The position numbers and the translations under genes were made by a program. From an uncultured virus (IMG/VR IMGVR_UViG_3300032007_000033) (Duplodnaviria; Heunggongvirae; Uroviricota; Caudoviricetes), in the IMG/VR virus record IMGVR_UViG_3300032007_000033, positions 1 through 64,000 of that record: a DNA stretch of 64,000 nucleotides; one strand, given 5' to 3'. The notes beneath the pieces are model-generated. The model did not search any database. It saw only the letters and a program-made list of their open reading frames with translations, and had not been told where the DNA came from. Below are positions 1 through 8,737 of this stretch, piece after piece; position 1 is the stretch's first letter, and each line of letters opens with the position of its first letter.

Positions 1-239
1 AATCTACCGTTATAAAAGCCAAAAGTTTTAATACCTCTTCCTAATAATAAAAGATATTCTTTTTTATCGGTTGGCAAATCTTTTTCATCTTTCACATAAT
101 GCCATTCATTAGCCTTGTTATAGCCGTATTCAATGCCTTTTTGGATGAGTTCACAAACTTTATCAACTTGTATAAAATTTCCGCTATGAGTTCTGCAACC
201 ATTTTGTCGCATTATTTCTTCCGCTTTTTCCTCAAACAT
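1..239 (-). CDS. Hypothetical phage protein of the 'MFEKEAEE...GYNKANEWH' (DUF551-like) family, running off the window edge
   Basis: Manual translation gives MFEEKAEEIMRQ...GIEYGYNKANEWHYVKDEKDLP, with GAGGAG upstream. Paralogous to 52522..52935. Confidence 0.7.
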   Translation of the reverse strand, partial: MFEEKAEEIMRQNGCRTHSGNFIQVDKVCELIQKGIEYGYNKANEWHYVKDEKDLPTDKKEYLLLLGRGIKTFGFYNGR

Positions 240-257
240 AATTCACTCCTCTGCGCG

Positions 258-572
258 TTATGGCATCTCGCACCATTCGATTACATCGTCGATTTTATCG
301 TAATCGCTAGACCACCAACTATTTGAATGCGTGCTATACCAACTCATCTGTTTGCCACCATCCGAAGTCTTAACAATGAATTGCTTCGCGTTTTCCTTCG
401 GCAAGTCGTTTGGGTTTTTCCGCAAGTCGCGCCACTTCGGTCTGCCCTCGTTAAGCCCCGCAAGATAAGCATATTTCAAGTCAGTTTCTGTATATAACTT
501 TTCACCGCTTTCTGTAGTGTCTAAAGGTACTTCATTATTACAGTATTCTTCCGCCATTTCTTTATCTGTCAT
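258..572 (-). CDS. Hypothetical protein, DUF551-like family
   Basis: EMAEEY...KWRDLRKNPNDLP...VIEWCEMP; same family as 52522..52935. Confidence 0.7.
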   Translation of the reverse strand: MTDKEMAEEYCNNEVPLDTTESGEKLYTETDLKYAYLAGLNEGRPKWRDLRKNPNDLPKENAKQFIVKTSDGGKQMSWYSTHSNSWWSSDYDKIDDVIEWCEMP

Positions 573-648
573 TTCACAATCCTTTCTAGTGTAAATCCAA
601 AGAAATATCCAAATATGAATATTGCGCCCATAGTTAATATTGTTTCAT

Positions 649-1038
649 TCATACGCTTTGATACTCCATCGATTCCATTACCGCAATGTTCCGCTCGGTA
701 GGCTCCAAGCCAAGCCTTCTGCACAAGCGAATTCGCAAGTAATGCTTTGCGTAAGCGAAGATAAAGTTCGCTAGCGCGTAACAAACATTATTCACGACCA
801 AAACAACGGCAATCTTGATGAGTTCGTTGACTTTGCATTTGTCAAGCAATAACGTTCCAAAAATGAGAAACACGCCTGACAACGCTTGGTAAGGGAACGA
901 CTCGAATAGAACGGTCTTGGCGCTTCTAATTTCGTTGTAAACAGGCGTCTTTCCCTTTTCGATTCCGTCAAGAACCCTGTCAAATTCCGCCTTGTAATTC
1001 TTCAAGTCTTTCTCTTTTCGCATAAAAAGATAATACAT
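649..1038 (-). CDS. Hypothetical membrane protein
   Basis: Two hydrophobic stretches; start placed at MYYLF behind GGAGG. Confidence 0.6.
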   Translation of the reverse strand: MYYLFMRKEKDLKNYKAEFDRVLDGIEKGKTPVYNEIRSAKTVLFESFPYQALSGVFLIFGTLLLDKCKVNELIKIAVVLVVNNVCYALANFIFAYAKHYLRIRLCRRLGLEPTERNIAVMESMEYQSV

Positions 1039-1222
1039 TTTAACCCTCCGTTCCGCCCATGGCAAACCACATCTTCGTCATTCCTTCGCCTCGCTTTCTG
1101 GCCTATAAATTAAAACGGAATGTCCTTGTTTTAACAACCGAACTATCCGCATTATCCATTTAAAAAATGAATGGTGATGTTCACCGTAGAACCTTCACGC
1201 TCGCCATAACTCAATGCGTATA

Positions 1223-1702
1223 TCATTCTTTCACATCCTCCAAGAATCGCTCCGCTTCTTTTCTAACTTTATAATACGAACTTTTATCCGAACCGTTCAT
1301 TTCCCAATACATATTGTTCTTTTCTTCCTCAAGAAGTTTTGCTAGAATTTCTTTTGCTTTGGCAAGATTTTCGTTAATGTCCATTAAATCTTTTTCGTAC
1401 TGTTCATTTTGCGCAAGAAAAGCGTTTCGTTCATTTCTTAAAGTAAATTGTTGCTTTTTCAGTTCCGCAACTTCCTTTTCCAAACTTTTGAGATGCGCCC
1501 AACTAGTTCCTTCATCTGTTGCTTGCAGATATTTTGTTCTAAGTTCCTCGTTTTCCTTTTCAAGAGAAACTATGCGATTGAATGTTTCTTCAACGTGCTC
1601 CTTCCAATACTCCATGCTTGCGGGGCACATTCCGCTCGCTTGACCTTTCACATAAGCAATCAATTCTTTCGTCGCTAGTCGTTTTAACTCTTCGCCAGTC
1701 AT
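1223..1702 (-). CDS. Coiled-coil hypothetical phage protein
   Basis: Heptad-rich; LAKAKEIL...EAERFLE C-terminal motif is shared with 17010..17669. Confidence 0.7.
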   Translation of the reverse strand: MTGEELKRLATKELIAYVKGQASGMCPASMEYWKEHVEETFNRIVSLEKENEELRTKYLQATDEGTSWAHLKSLEKEVAELKKQQFTLRNERNAFLAQNEQYEKDLMDINENLAKAKEILAKLLEEEKNNMYWEMNGSDKSSYYKVRKEAERFLEDVKE

Positions 1703-2235
1703 TCCTTCACCTCAACAATTTCAAACCCTTTCAATACAAGTTCGTCTAATTCTTTATCTTTTTCGTCATACCAATCTTGTTCATCGCCCAACAAAGAATG
1801 CATCAATTTTCTTGTAAAAGCAAACAACCGAATCCAATCTGAAATTCCACTACAGATATGATAATACGAATCTTTTTCCGTTTCGTCAACTAAAGATTCA
1901 TCATAATCTTCTCCATAGAACCACCAATGCGTGCAGAAATCCCATTTCCAATGCACTTTCGCAATAAATTTCTTTTCATAAATATCCGAATAATCACTTT
2001 CCCAAGAAATCGCTTTATAAATTATAAAATCGCAAAAATATTTGTCCAACTTTTCAATTTTCACCCCAAAAATCGGACATCCGTTAGAATCTTTCAAATG
2101 ATATTTTTTCATTTTATTTTCTTCCGCTTCTGACTTCAGAACTTGTATCAGAGCCTGTTGCTTCCAATGCTTGGACCCGTTCTCTTTCATTTCGTCAATG
2201 GTCATTCCTTTACCTCCACAATTTTGACAAATCAT
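1699..2235 (-). CDS. Hypothetical protein (possible fusion of remnants)
   Basis: ORF track; ATGA coupling to the downstream gene. Confidence 0.6.
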   Translation of the reverse strand: MICQNCGGKGMTIDEMKENGSKHWKQQALIQVLKSEAEENKMKKYHLKDSNGCPIFGVKIEKLDKYFCDFIIYKAISWESDYSDIYEKKFIAKVHWKWDFCTHWWFYGEDYDESLVDETEKDSYYHICSGISDWIRLFAFTRKLMHSLLGDEQDWYDEKDKELDELVLKGFEIVEVKE

Positions 2236-2253
2236 ATCATTCCTCCAATTTTG

Positions 2254-2439
2254 CTAATATTCGCTTAACCCCAATCCAACCGCTCGCCATTTGACCGCAG
2301 TCGGCGACACTTTGAATCGTTCCGCGACCGCTTCCAAGCGTCCACATTTCTCTTTCCATATCTGTCTGAATAACTTTTCCGGCATAAGAAAAGCGGCGGC
2401 AAAAGTATTGGCCTCTTTTTCAAGCTCTTCTTCATTCAT
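2254..2439 (-). CDS. Stand-alone C-terminal part of an ImmA/IrrE-family metallopeptidase
   Basis: EKEANTFAAAFLMP motif followed by an HTH-like tail (AERFKVSPTAVKWR); no HExxH. Confidence 0.65.
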   Translation of the reverse strand: MNEEELEKEANTFAAAFLMPEKLFRQIWKEKCGRLEAVAERFKVSPTAVKWRAVGLGLSEY

Positions 2440-2713
2440 TCCTCAATCTCCTTTCATCGCAGGCTTTCAAATAAATGTCCCACATCTTGTCCGCGTACTT
2501 CTCGTCGTTCTTCCATCTGAAATATCTGATTGCCGACAAGGGAATCCATAGGGGAGACAAGACGAGATGAAAGGCGAAAGCGAACAAGTTCACGAGAAAA
2601 ATCGTCGTTTCCTTAAAGCCGTCCGCGATGTTGCATAAATCCTCTCCGAAAGTTTCAGCAACCATGTTCTTGTTTCTTTTTGTGCAGTATTCTACAAATT
2701 CTTCCTTGGTCAT
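2432..2713 (-). CDS. Hypothetical membrane protein
   Basis: One long hydrophobic segment; overlaps both neighbours. Confidence 0.6.
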   Translation of the reverse strand: MTKEEFVEYCTKRNKNMVAETFGEDLCNIADGFKETTIFLVNLFAFAFHLVLSPLWIPLSAIRYFRWKNDEKYADKMWDIYLKACDERRLRNE

Positions 2714-3549
2714 ACCTTCGCCTCGCTATCTTTCTGTTTCGCTTGTTCAATTTTTTCTTTACTCAATTTTGTAGCATAAGCAAAATCTTCATCACTCATA
2801 GATAAATATTGCCAATCCCATTCATTCATTCCTTCCTTCACCTCCATTCCGCAAGGGCTGTCGTTAAATGCTTTTTCGATAGGCCAGTGATATTTGTTTA
2901 TCCTGTCCTTAACCTTAATATAATTTAATTTTAGTTCTTTACACCATGCTGCTAAATGTTGCGTCTTTCCTTTATAGGTTATCATTTTATAACGAGCGTT
3001 TCCTTTTGTTTCAAACGCTTTTTCAACAGACCAATGAGAATCATTAAGTCTAGATATAACCGTGTAATATTTTAGATTTAATTCTCTGCACCAATCGGCA
3101 AGCGATTGAGTCCGCCCCTTATATGTTATAAGCCTTAGGCTATGATTTCCTTTTGTTTCAAACGCTTTGTCAACAGACCAACGCAAGGAGTTTATTCTGC
3201 ATTTTATTTTATGATAATCAAGCCCAAGTTCCTCACACCATTGACTTAAAGGCTTTGTTTCGCCTTTATATTTTATTAAATGATTCCGTCTTTGGTTATT
3301 ATTCTGTTGTTTTCTTGTCGCCCATCTACAATTCTCAGGACTGTAGCCTTTGTTATTGTCGATACGGTCAATGCTTAAATCATCATTATAACCGTTTGAC
3401 AACGCCCATTCGTAAAATAAATTAGGTTTTTTCAACCACTCATCACATATTGTTATCCCTCTTGCACCATAATCCTTAAAATTTTGGGCTTTAGGGTTGT
3501 AACATCTATTTTTCATTGCTTGATAAATTCTTTTTAATCTTTCATTCAT
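2710..3549 (-). CDS. HNH-type homing endonuclease with three tandem DNA-binding repeats
   Basis: MKNRCYNP, YGARGITIC, IDRIDNNKGYSPENCRWAT; repeats of I.YKG.T..L..WC.EL.L.Y...W...KAF. Confidence 0.85.
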   Translation of the reverse strand: MNERLKRIYQAMKNRCYNPKAQNFKDYGARGITICDEWLKKPNLFYEWALSNGYNDDLSIDRIDNNKGYSPENCRWATRKQQNNNQRRNHLIKYKGETKPLSQWCEELGLDYHKIKCRINSLRWSVDKAFETKGNHSLRLITYKGRTQSLADWCRELNLKYYTVISRLNDSHWSVEKAFETKGNARYKMITYKGKTQHLAAWCKELKLNYIKVKDRINKYHWPIEKAFNDSPCGMEVKEGMNEWDWQYLSMSDEDFAYATKLSKEKIEQAKQKDSEAKV

Positions 3550-4141
3550 CTAAGACTCCTACGGGGCTTCCGTCCAAGTAGGTGTAGTCATCTAACAACT
3601 GCTCAAACCCAATTATGAAAGGATTAAAGTCAATGCTCACACTATCCTCGCGAAAAGAGGATACTAAAGTCTGGCGGTCAACATCCTTGCCCTTGAGCCA
3701 AATCGACGGTTCGCAGTATGGCGGACAGTCGACCTTGAATCGAGCGATAAAGTCCGCAATTATTTCGGTGGAATCCTTATATGGACGGTAACGCTTTTCA
3801 TCTTCTTCAGGCTTGATGCGATACTCAATATTCAAGTCCCAACGTGGATTATATGCAGAACACCAGTCTCCACTTACATCGTCTTTAAATTGTATTTCTT
3901 TGCCCTCGTTGAAAGCCCTCTTGGCCTCGTAGTTTGGGTCGTAGTATGCGAAACGATAGCGAACAAGGTCGTCGCTCTCAAAAGGCATTCCGTTATCTCT
4001 TGACCAACGAACCTTGTAAATTGACGCGCCTTTTTCCACGCGCTCAATCAAAGAGTTTATGTTATCCGCCACAAAGACTTCCTTGCCTTCCAACTCGTCG
4101 TCCCACATGAAGCGGACGAATTTTTTGTCGAATAACTCCAT
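3542..4141 (-). CDS. Conserved hypothetical phage protein
   Basis: GGAGG RBS; 199-aa ORF ending YLDGSPVG. Confidence 0.75.
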   Translation of the reverse strand: MELFDKKFVRFMWDDELEGKEVFVADNINSLIERVEKGASIYKVRWSRDNGMPFESDDLVRYRFAYYDPNYEAKRAFNEGKEIQFKDDVSGDWCSAYNPRWDLNIEYRIKPEEDEKRYRPYKDSTEIIADFIARFKVDCPPYCEPSIWLKGKDVDRQTLVSSFREDSVSIDFNPFIIGFEQLLDDYTYLDGSPVGVLDE

Positions 4142-4285
4142 AAGCCTACCTCCAAATATCGGCCAAACTTTCAGTAATCAAGGCCAAGGGGAAAAGCACG
4201 GCCCCGCAAAGCAAGCCGAATAAAACCGCGAAGGGAAGGAGAATGAGCGAAAGGAGCGTCATCCCCAAATTCTTCAAAATCATCG

Positions 4286-5384
4286 TCATTTACGCTCCTC
4301 TCCTTCCTCGTAGACCGTCAATGTTCCGTCAATCGGATTGTCGACCACCATATTCACCTTTCTGTCGCTCTTGGTGCGATGGAGGAAAGTTCCGCCTTGA
4401 GTCTGAACCTCAAATTTCTTGTCCTTGACTAAATGCGAGCACGCGAGGTCGCCCCAATGTTTTTCCTTCAATTTCTCGTTCTCGTAGATTAAAACCTTCA
4501 TCCTCCCAAACTCCTTTATCTGCAACAATCCCTAATTATTCTGCTTGAATACAAAGGGTCGTCCTTCCTCAACTCCTCCCATTCGACCAAGAATCCGTCC
4601 TTGTTCTCGTAGACTCCGTTGAAGTCGTAGGGAATTCCGTCTATCTCGCAGAGGAAATGCCCTTGAATCTCGTCGTATAGAATCGTTCCGTTGAACGCGT
4701 CCTTTAGAATCAAGGCGAAGAAATAGCAGTTTCCGCTAGTCCACTTGCAGTCGGTCGGAAACCTTCTCTTGATGAAATTCAAGACTTTTTTCTCGGTGTC
4801 CTCTCCGCCGTCTTTTTCCTCGAACAAGTCCGAACCCAAGGCGACCTTTCTCCAATAGCGGAACACTCCCATAGCCACTCCGAACCCTCCGTAAATGAAG
4901 GCGAAGGGGAAGGCCAAAAGGCTCGCCAAGAATGTCAAGGACAAGAACAAAATTCGTTTCATTTCTTTTTCTCCATATGGTTATGATATACCGAAACTCG
5001 CCCTTTTGTCAAGGAAATTCCGATTTTTTTTTATGAAATTGCGAGGCTTTTCCTCGATTTTACGATGAAATCCACCCTTTCCAACACATCCAAGCCGATT
5101 ATTTCGTCCAATTGAGTTAGAATCTCCTCGTCAGAGAGCGAGCACCAATGGGAATCCATCGTCCTCAACATTCCGCCGAAGGAATACAACTTGGGATGCT
5201 CAAGAAACCTCTCGTCGTTCAACATTGGGAAGAACTCGCGGTATGTGGCGGAAAGCATTCGTTCAAGCGCCTTTTGTTGGGCTTCCTTCTTGGAGTCGGC
5301 CTCGACAATCAACTCTCTGTAAGTTTCCTTGCCGTACTTTCCGTGGCTTCCCTTGGCCACGACTCTGACTACGAACTCCTTCAT
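4286..5384 (-). other. Three short hypothetical ORFs (4286..4528, 4516..4962, 5031..5384)
   Basis: ORF track; RBS-like GGAG; sigma70-like promoters near 4983-5012 and 5410-5438. Confidence 0.6.
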
Positions 5385-5409
5385 GAAGTTTTCCTCCGTT
5401 TTCTAGTCA

Positions 5410-5438
5410 ATTATAACCCAAATTATCCAATTTGTCAA
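5410..5438 (-). promoter_or_regulatory. Sigma70-type promoter
   Basis: TTGACA-N17-TATAAT, perfect consensus on the minus strand. Confidence 0.85.
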
Positions 5439-5550
5439 GGGAAATTGTTAAAAAATCGAAAAAAAAAACGGATTGAACATGGCTCTTTATGGAATCGACT
5501 TGGAGGAATGGCCGAAGCGGAGTTGTCTTGAAAGGAAAATTAGGGGGAAG

Positions 5551-5582
5551 AAAAAAGCCCCGCAATTGGATTTTTGCGGGGC
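5551..5582 (-). terminator. Intrinsic terminator
   Basis: GCCCCGCAA/TTGCGGGGC stem followed by a T-run on the minus strand. Confidence 0.8.
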
Positions 5583-5639
5583 GTTCGTATTTATATAAAA
5601 TCCGTAAGAATGATTCCACCCTTTAGGGTGGTGCGTAGT

Positions 5640-6050
5640 TCACTTAATTCTAGCGTCAACTTCTTTAATCAGATTATTGATTTCTTCTTCACTTGCAAGT
5701 TTTCCGCCTTTGATTGAAATTTCATCGTAATCTTCCATAAAAATTTCTTCATCCGCCACTTTATCAAGCGCGTAAGAATTATTCAAAACATAATTAGAAA
5801 CTTGTCTCAAATCTTTTGTAGAAACTTCACATTCTTTTTTATCAAATGTATCTTCAATGATATTTCCATACAAATCCATGCAACAAAATGGTTGATTCTG
5901 CATTTTTTCACCATAATTCATTTGAACCTTGATTCTTTTAGCATGACCGCCGAGCTTATACCAACCGTTTTCATCAATCCAAATGTTGATTGGGAGTCCT
6001 GTCTGTCTTTTTCTTCTGTTGGCCATTTCGTAGATTCTTTCCATAATCAA
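5640..6050 (-). CDS. Phage protein, DUF4160-like
   Basis: EMAN...TGLPINIWID...HAKRIKV motif; own promoter at 6066-6094. Confidence 0.55.
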   Translation of the reverse strand: MIMERIYEMANRRKRQTGLPINIWIDENGWYKLGGHAKRIKVQMNYGEKMQNQPFCCMDLYGNIIEDTFDKKECEVSTKDLRQVSNYVLNNSYALDKVADEEIFMEDYDEISIKGGKLASEEEINNLIKEVDARIK

Positions 6051-6065
6051 ATCACCTCAATAAAA

Positions 6066-6094
6066 AATATAGCATGAAACGCTTGTTTTGTCAA
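6066..6094 (-). promoter_or_regulatory. Sigma70-type promoter
   Basis: TTGACA-N17-TATATT. Confidence 0.75.
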
Positions 6095-6132
6095 GTAAAA
6101 TTATAATCTCAAATCCTTTCAACTTTCATGTA

Positions 6133-6939
6133 TCATTCATTCACCTTTTCCCAATAAGCGGAATCTTCACCCAAAGCCATGTCAATCAACCAAAAATCTC
6201 CGTTATATTCCATTATGTCTACAGACCAAACGCCTTCCAAGTCTGCAATTGATTTCAATTTATCAGACACCAATTCACAAACCTTGCCTTTATTTTCATT
6301 ATAATGTTTCAAAAGGTTGTCATAAACCGATTCATAAATTATTTTATCGGTTTTATTAGAACTGATGGAATCATGGCAATAATCCCAATCCCAATAATTC
6401 ACAACATCTAAAAGTTTATGCTTTGTAAAATCATAGAATATTCTATATTCGTTTCTTAAAGGAAGTCCGTTATAAATGCAAGGCGTTTCGCAAGGATTAT
6501 AAGGAATTCTTTCCCTTATCGCAATTTCATTGTTGCCCATGGTGTCGTAACAGAAAGAATAATACTGAATGTCTTGAATGCATTCGGAAATGCATTCTAC
6601 AGTATTGTTTCTTGGCGCGGCGGTAACAAAATCAAATTTGTTGGAGAAGCATCCGTTTTTAATAAAAAGGTTGGTGTCTTTCAATTCTTGAGGAATGCTA
6701 GGATAGAGTTCGTTTCTCACCCATTCAGTGATTTTATCGGAATCATCTTTGTTGTCATGAAAGAAACATTCCATGATGTCTTTCGGAACTTGATATATGA
6801 AAGTTTTTGGTTGTTTAATTCCGCAATCCTTTATTTTCGGATACCAATAAGATATGTTGTTTTTATTTGAAATCAAATCATTGTAAAATGACTTTCCCAT
6901 TTCTTCTAAGTCTTGATTGTCAAAAATTAATTTTTCCAT
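6133..6939 (-). CDS. ATP-grasp-fold protein (R2K/D123-like)
   Basis: LFIK, IRERIP, NEYRIF, WSVDIM and WLIDM motifs in ATP-grasp order. Confidence 0.6.
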   Translation of the reverse strand: MEKLIFDNQDLEEMGKSFYNDLISNKNNISYWYPKIKDCGIKQPKTFIYQVPKDIMECFFHDNKDDSDKITEWVRNELYPSIPQELKDTNLFIKNGCFSNKFDFVTAAPRNNTVECISECIQDIQYYSFCYDTMGNNEIAIRERIPYNPCETPCIYNGLPLRNEYRIFYDFTKHKLLDVVNYWDWDYCHDSISSNKTDKIIYESVYDNLLKHYNENKGKVCELVSDKLKSIADLEGVWSVDIMEYNGDFWLIDMALGEDSAYWEKVNE

Positions 6940-7395
6940 TTATTCATTCTCCTTTCTAGGCGGTGGAACTTCCACCGAACCTTCCAACCAAGCATAAATA
7001 GGATAATTTTTGTTTTCTCCGTTCCACACGCCGTCGCCTAAATACATGAACTCATCGCATTCATAATCACCGTCACCGCAATCATAAGCGCAAATATAAT
7101 TCAATGGCAGAATGGATTTGCCGTCTTCGCTTTCTTTTGGATTTGGCGGTAATTTATCCGTTACATAACACCATGTTTTAGCGTTTATATGTCCGTTTGA
7201 CTCTCGATTTATATCGCCATAATCTTTTCCAAGATAATAGCCGTGATTTTCTCCCATCTCCCATGAATATTCCGCGATTGAATAATAAGGCTCTAAAGGG
7301 CATTTATCGGAACGCCCAAATTCCTTTCCATAGTTGTCGTCCCAAAACTGCTCAAAGACTTCATATTTTACATTTTCATTATATTCGTCGCTCAT
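6940..7395 (-). CDS. Hypothetical protein with a DUF551-like C-terminus
   Basis: WCYVTDKLPP...IYAWL. Confidence 0.6.
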   Translation of the reverse strand: MSDEYNENVKYEVFEQFWDDNYGKEFGRSDKCPLEPYYSIAEYSWEMGENHGYYLGKDYGDINRESNGHINAKTWCYVTDKLPPNPKESEDGKSILPLNYICAYDCGDGDYECDEFMYLGDGVWNGENKNYPIYAWLEGSVEVPPPRKENE

Positions 7396-7425
7396 TTTTT
7401 ATGTCCTCCTCAACTTTTCCCAAGT

Positions 7426-8055
7426 TCACTGCCTCATCATAGCCAACGCTTTTATAAAATGCTTGAATCCAAATCCGCCACGCTTTTTATAAAAATTCGT
7501 AATGACCAATCGTTTCTCCAAATCTTTATAAAACTCTACATCTAGATAATCATCTTCCAAGATGACATATTTTCCTTCAAAATGATTTCTTTCAATCCAT
7601 TCCATTATTTGAGTTCCACGTGCATACTGCAGAATAAAATCTCGGTTCTTTATATTTTCAAATCCTTGGAATGTTGGTCTATTGCACCAATCAGTTATTT
7701 TATCTTCGTTCATTTCATAATTATTTTCAAGACTTAATTTTCCTTCTCTAGTGACTGAAATAACATTTATTCCATTCTTACGGAATAGAGAATCAGTCTT
7801 CATCATATCATGGCCTTTAATGTCTTTTCTTACAGAACCGTCTTCATTCCACCCATATTTCCAAGTGGAAGATAAAACTACTTTAGATTTTGTCAGTCCG
7901 CATAACAAACTTAACCAAAACAAGTTTCTTTTGCAAATCTGGCTCACCATATCATAGCCATTTTTCTTCACATTTCTTTGGTAATATTTTGATTTATAGA
8001 AATAATGATAGTTGAGAACACCGTCAATGTCTAGAAAAATTATTTTATCTGTCAT
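7426..8055 (-). CDS. HAD-family phosphatase (Swiss-Army-Knife RNA-repair-like HAD domain)
   Basis: IIFLDIDGVLN, VVLSSTW, RG..I..W, YVILEDD. Confidence 0.8.
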   Translation of the reverse strand: MTDKIIFLDIDGVLNYHYFYKSKYYQRNVKKNGYDMVSQICKRNLFWLSLLCGLTKSKVVLSSTWKYGWNEDGSVRKDIKGHDMMKTDSLFRKNGINVISVTREGKLSLENNYEMNEDKITDWCNRPTFQGFENIKNRDFILQYARGTQIMEWIERNHFEGKYVILEDDYLDVEFYKDLEKRLVITNFYKKRGGFGFKHFIKALAMMRQ

Positions 8056-8124
8056 CTGTGTCTGTCTCAATATATTTAAAATTATCGTTATCAAATTCAA
8101 CTTCTACATTCATTTCGGATGTAT

Positions 8125-8591
8125 CTATTTTGCAACAAGAGTAAATGATTCAAAATCATCTATAAAATTTTTCTTATCATAAAGATTCTTAAAATTTACT
8201 CTAATTTCAACCTCATGAGAATCTTCCATATCTCTGACTTCTGTAATTAAAATTTCTTTATCCAATAATTCAGATAAAAGTTTTCTTTGTTCAAATTCAA
8301 AAGAATCCATTACCATAATTTTAATCCTCTTCCCATTCCTTATTGAACTTACTCATCGCGCGACTTAAAGTTTTTTATAAATCTTCAAGGAATTATGCTT
8401 TATTTTAATTTTCTAAAAAATATCGCTCCTTTCATTTTTAGAAAACCTTTCGCGTTAGAATCCAATTCTTCAAGAGTAAAAGAATTTTCATTCAATCCGA
8501 CAAATCGATTTCCAAATCTCGAAAACTTGTATTTGGCTTTTCCGAGATTTACCAATTCAATGACCTCTTTTAATTTCATAGTCATATTCAT
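8125..8591 (-). other. Two small hypothetical ORFs (8125..8316, 8400..8591)
   Basis: ORF track with GAGG/GGAGG RBS. Confidence 0.55.
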
Positions 8592-8737
8592 GCCTCCAAA
8601 TCGTTTTTATAGTCTGTCTGACAGACAGACCGTTATATAGTTTCTTTTTATCTCCTACGAAATAAATTATTGCATTTCAACGATTAGTTTGTCAATATTT
8701 ATGCGCCATATTCATTAAATGAAATGTCGTATTTTAA

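Noticed and set aside
3001..3180. Direct repeats (TCCTTTTGTTTCAAACGCTTT), and those at 39.3-40.5 kb, as CRISPR or DGR repeats
   Set aside because: They are in-frame protein repeat units. There is no regular spacer array, no cas gene and no reverse transcriptase.
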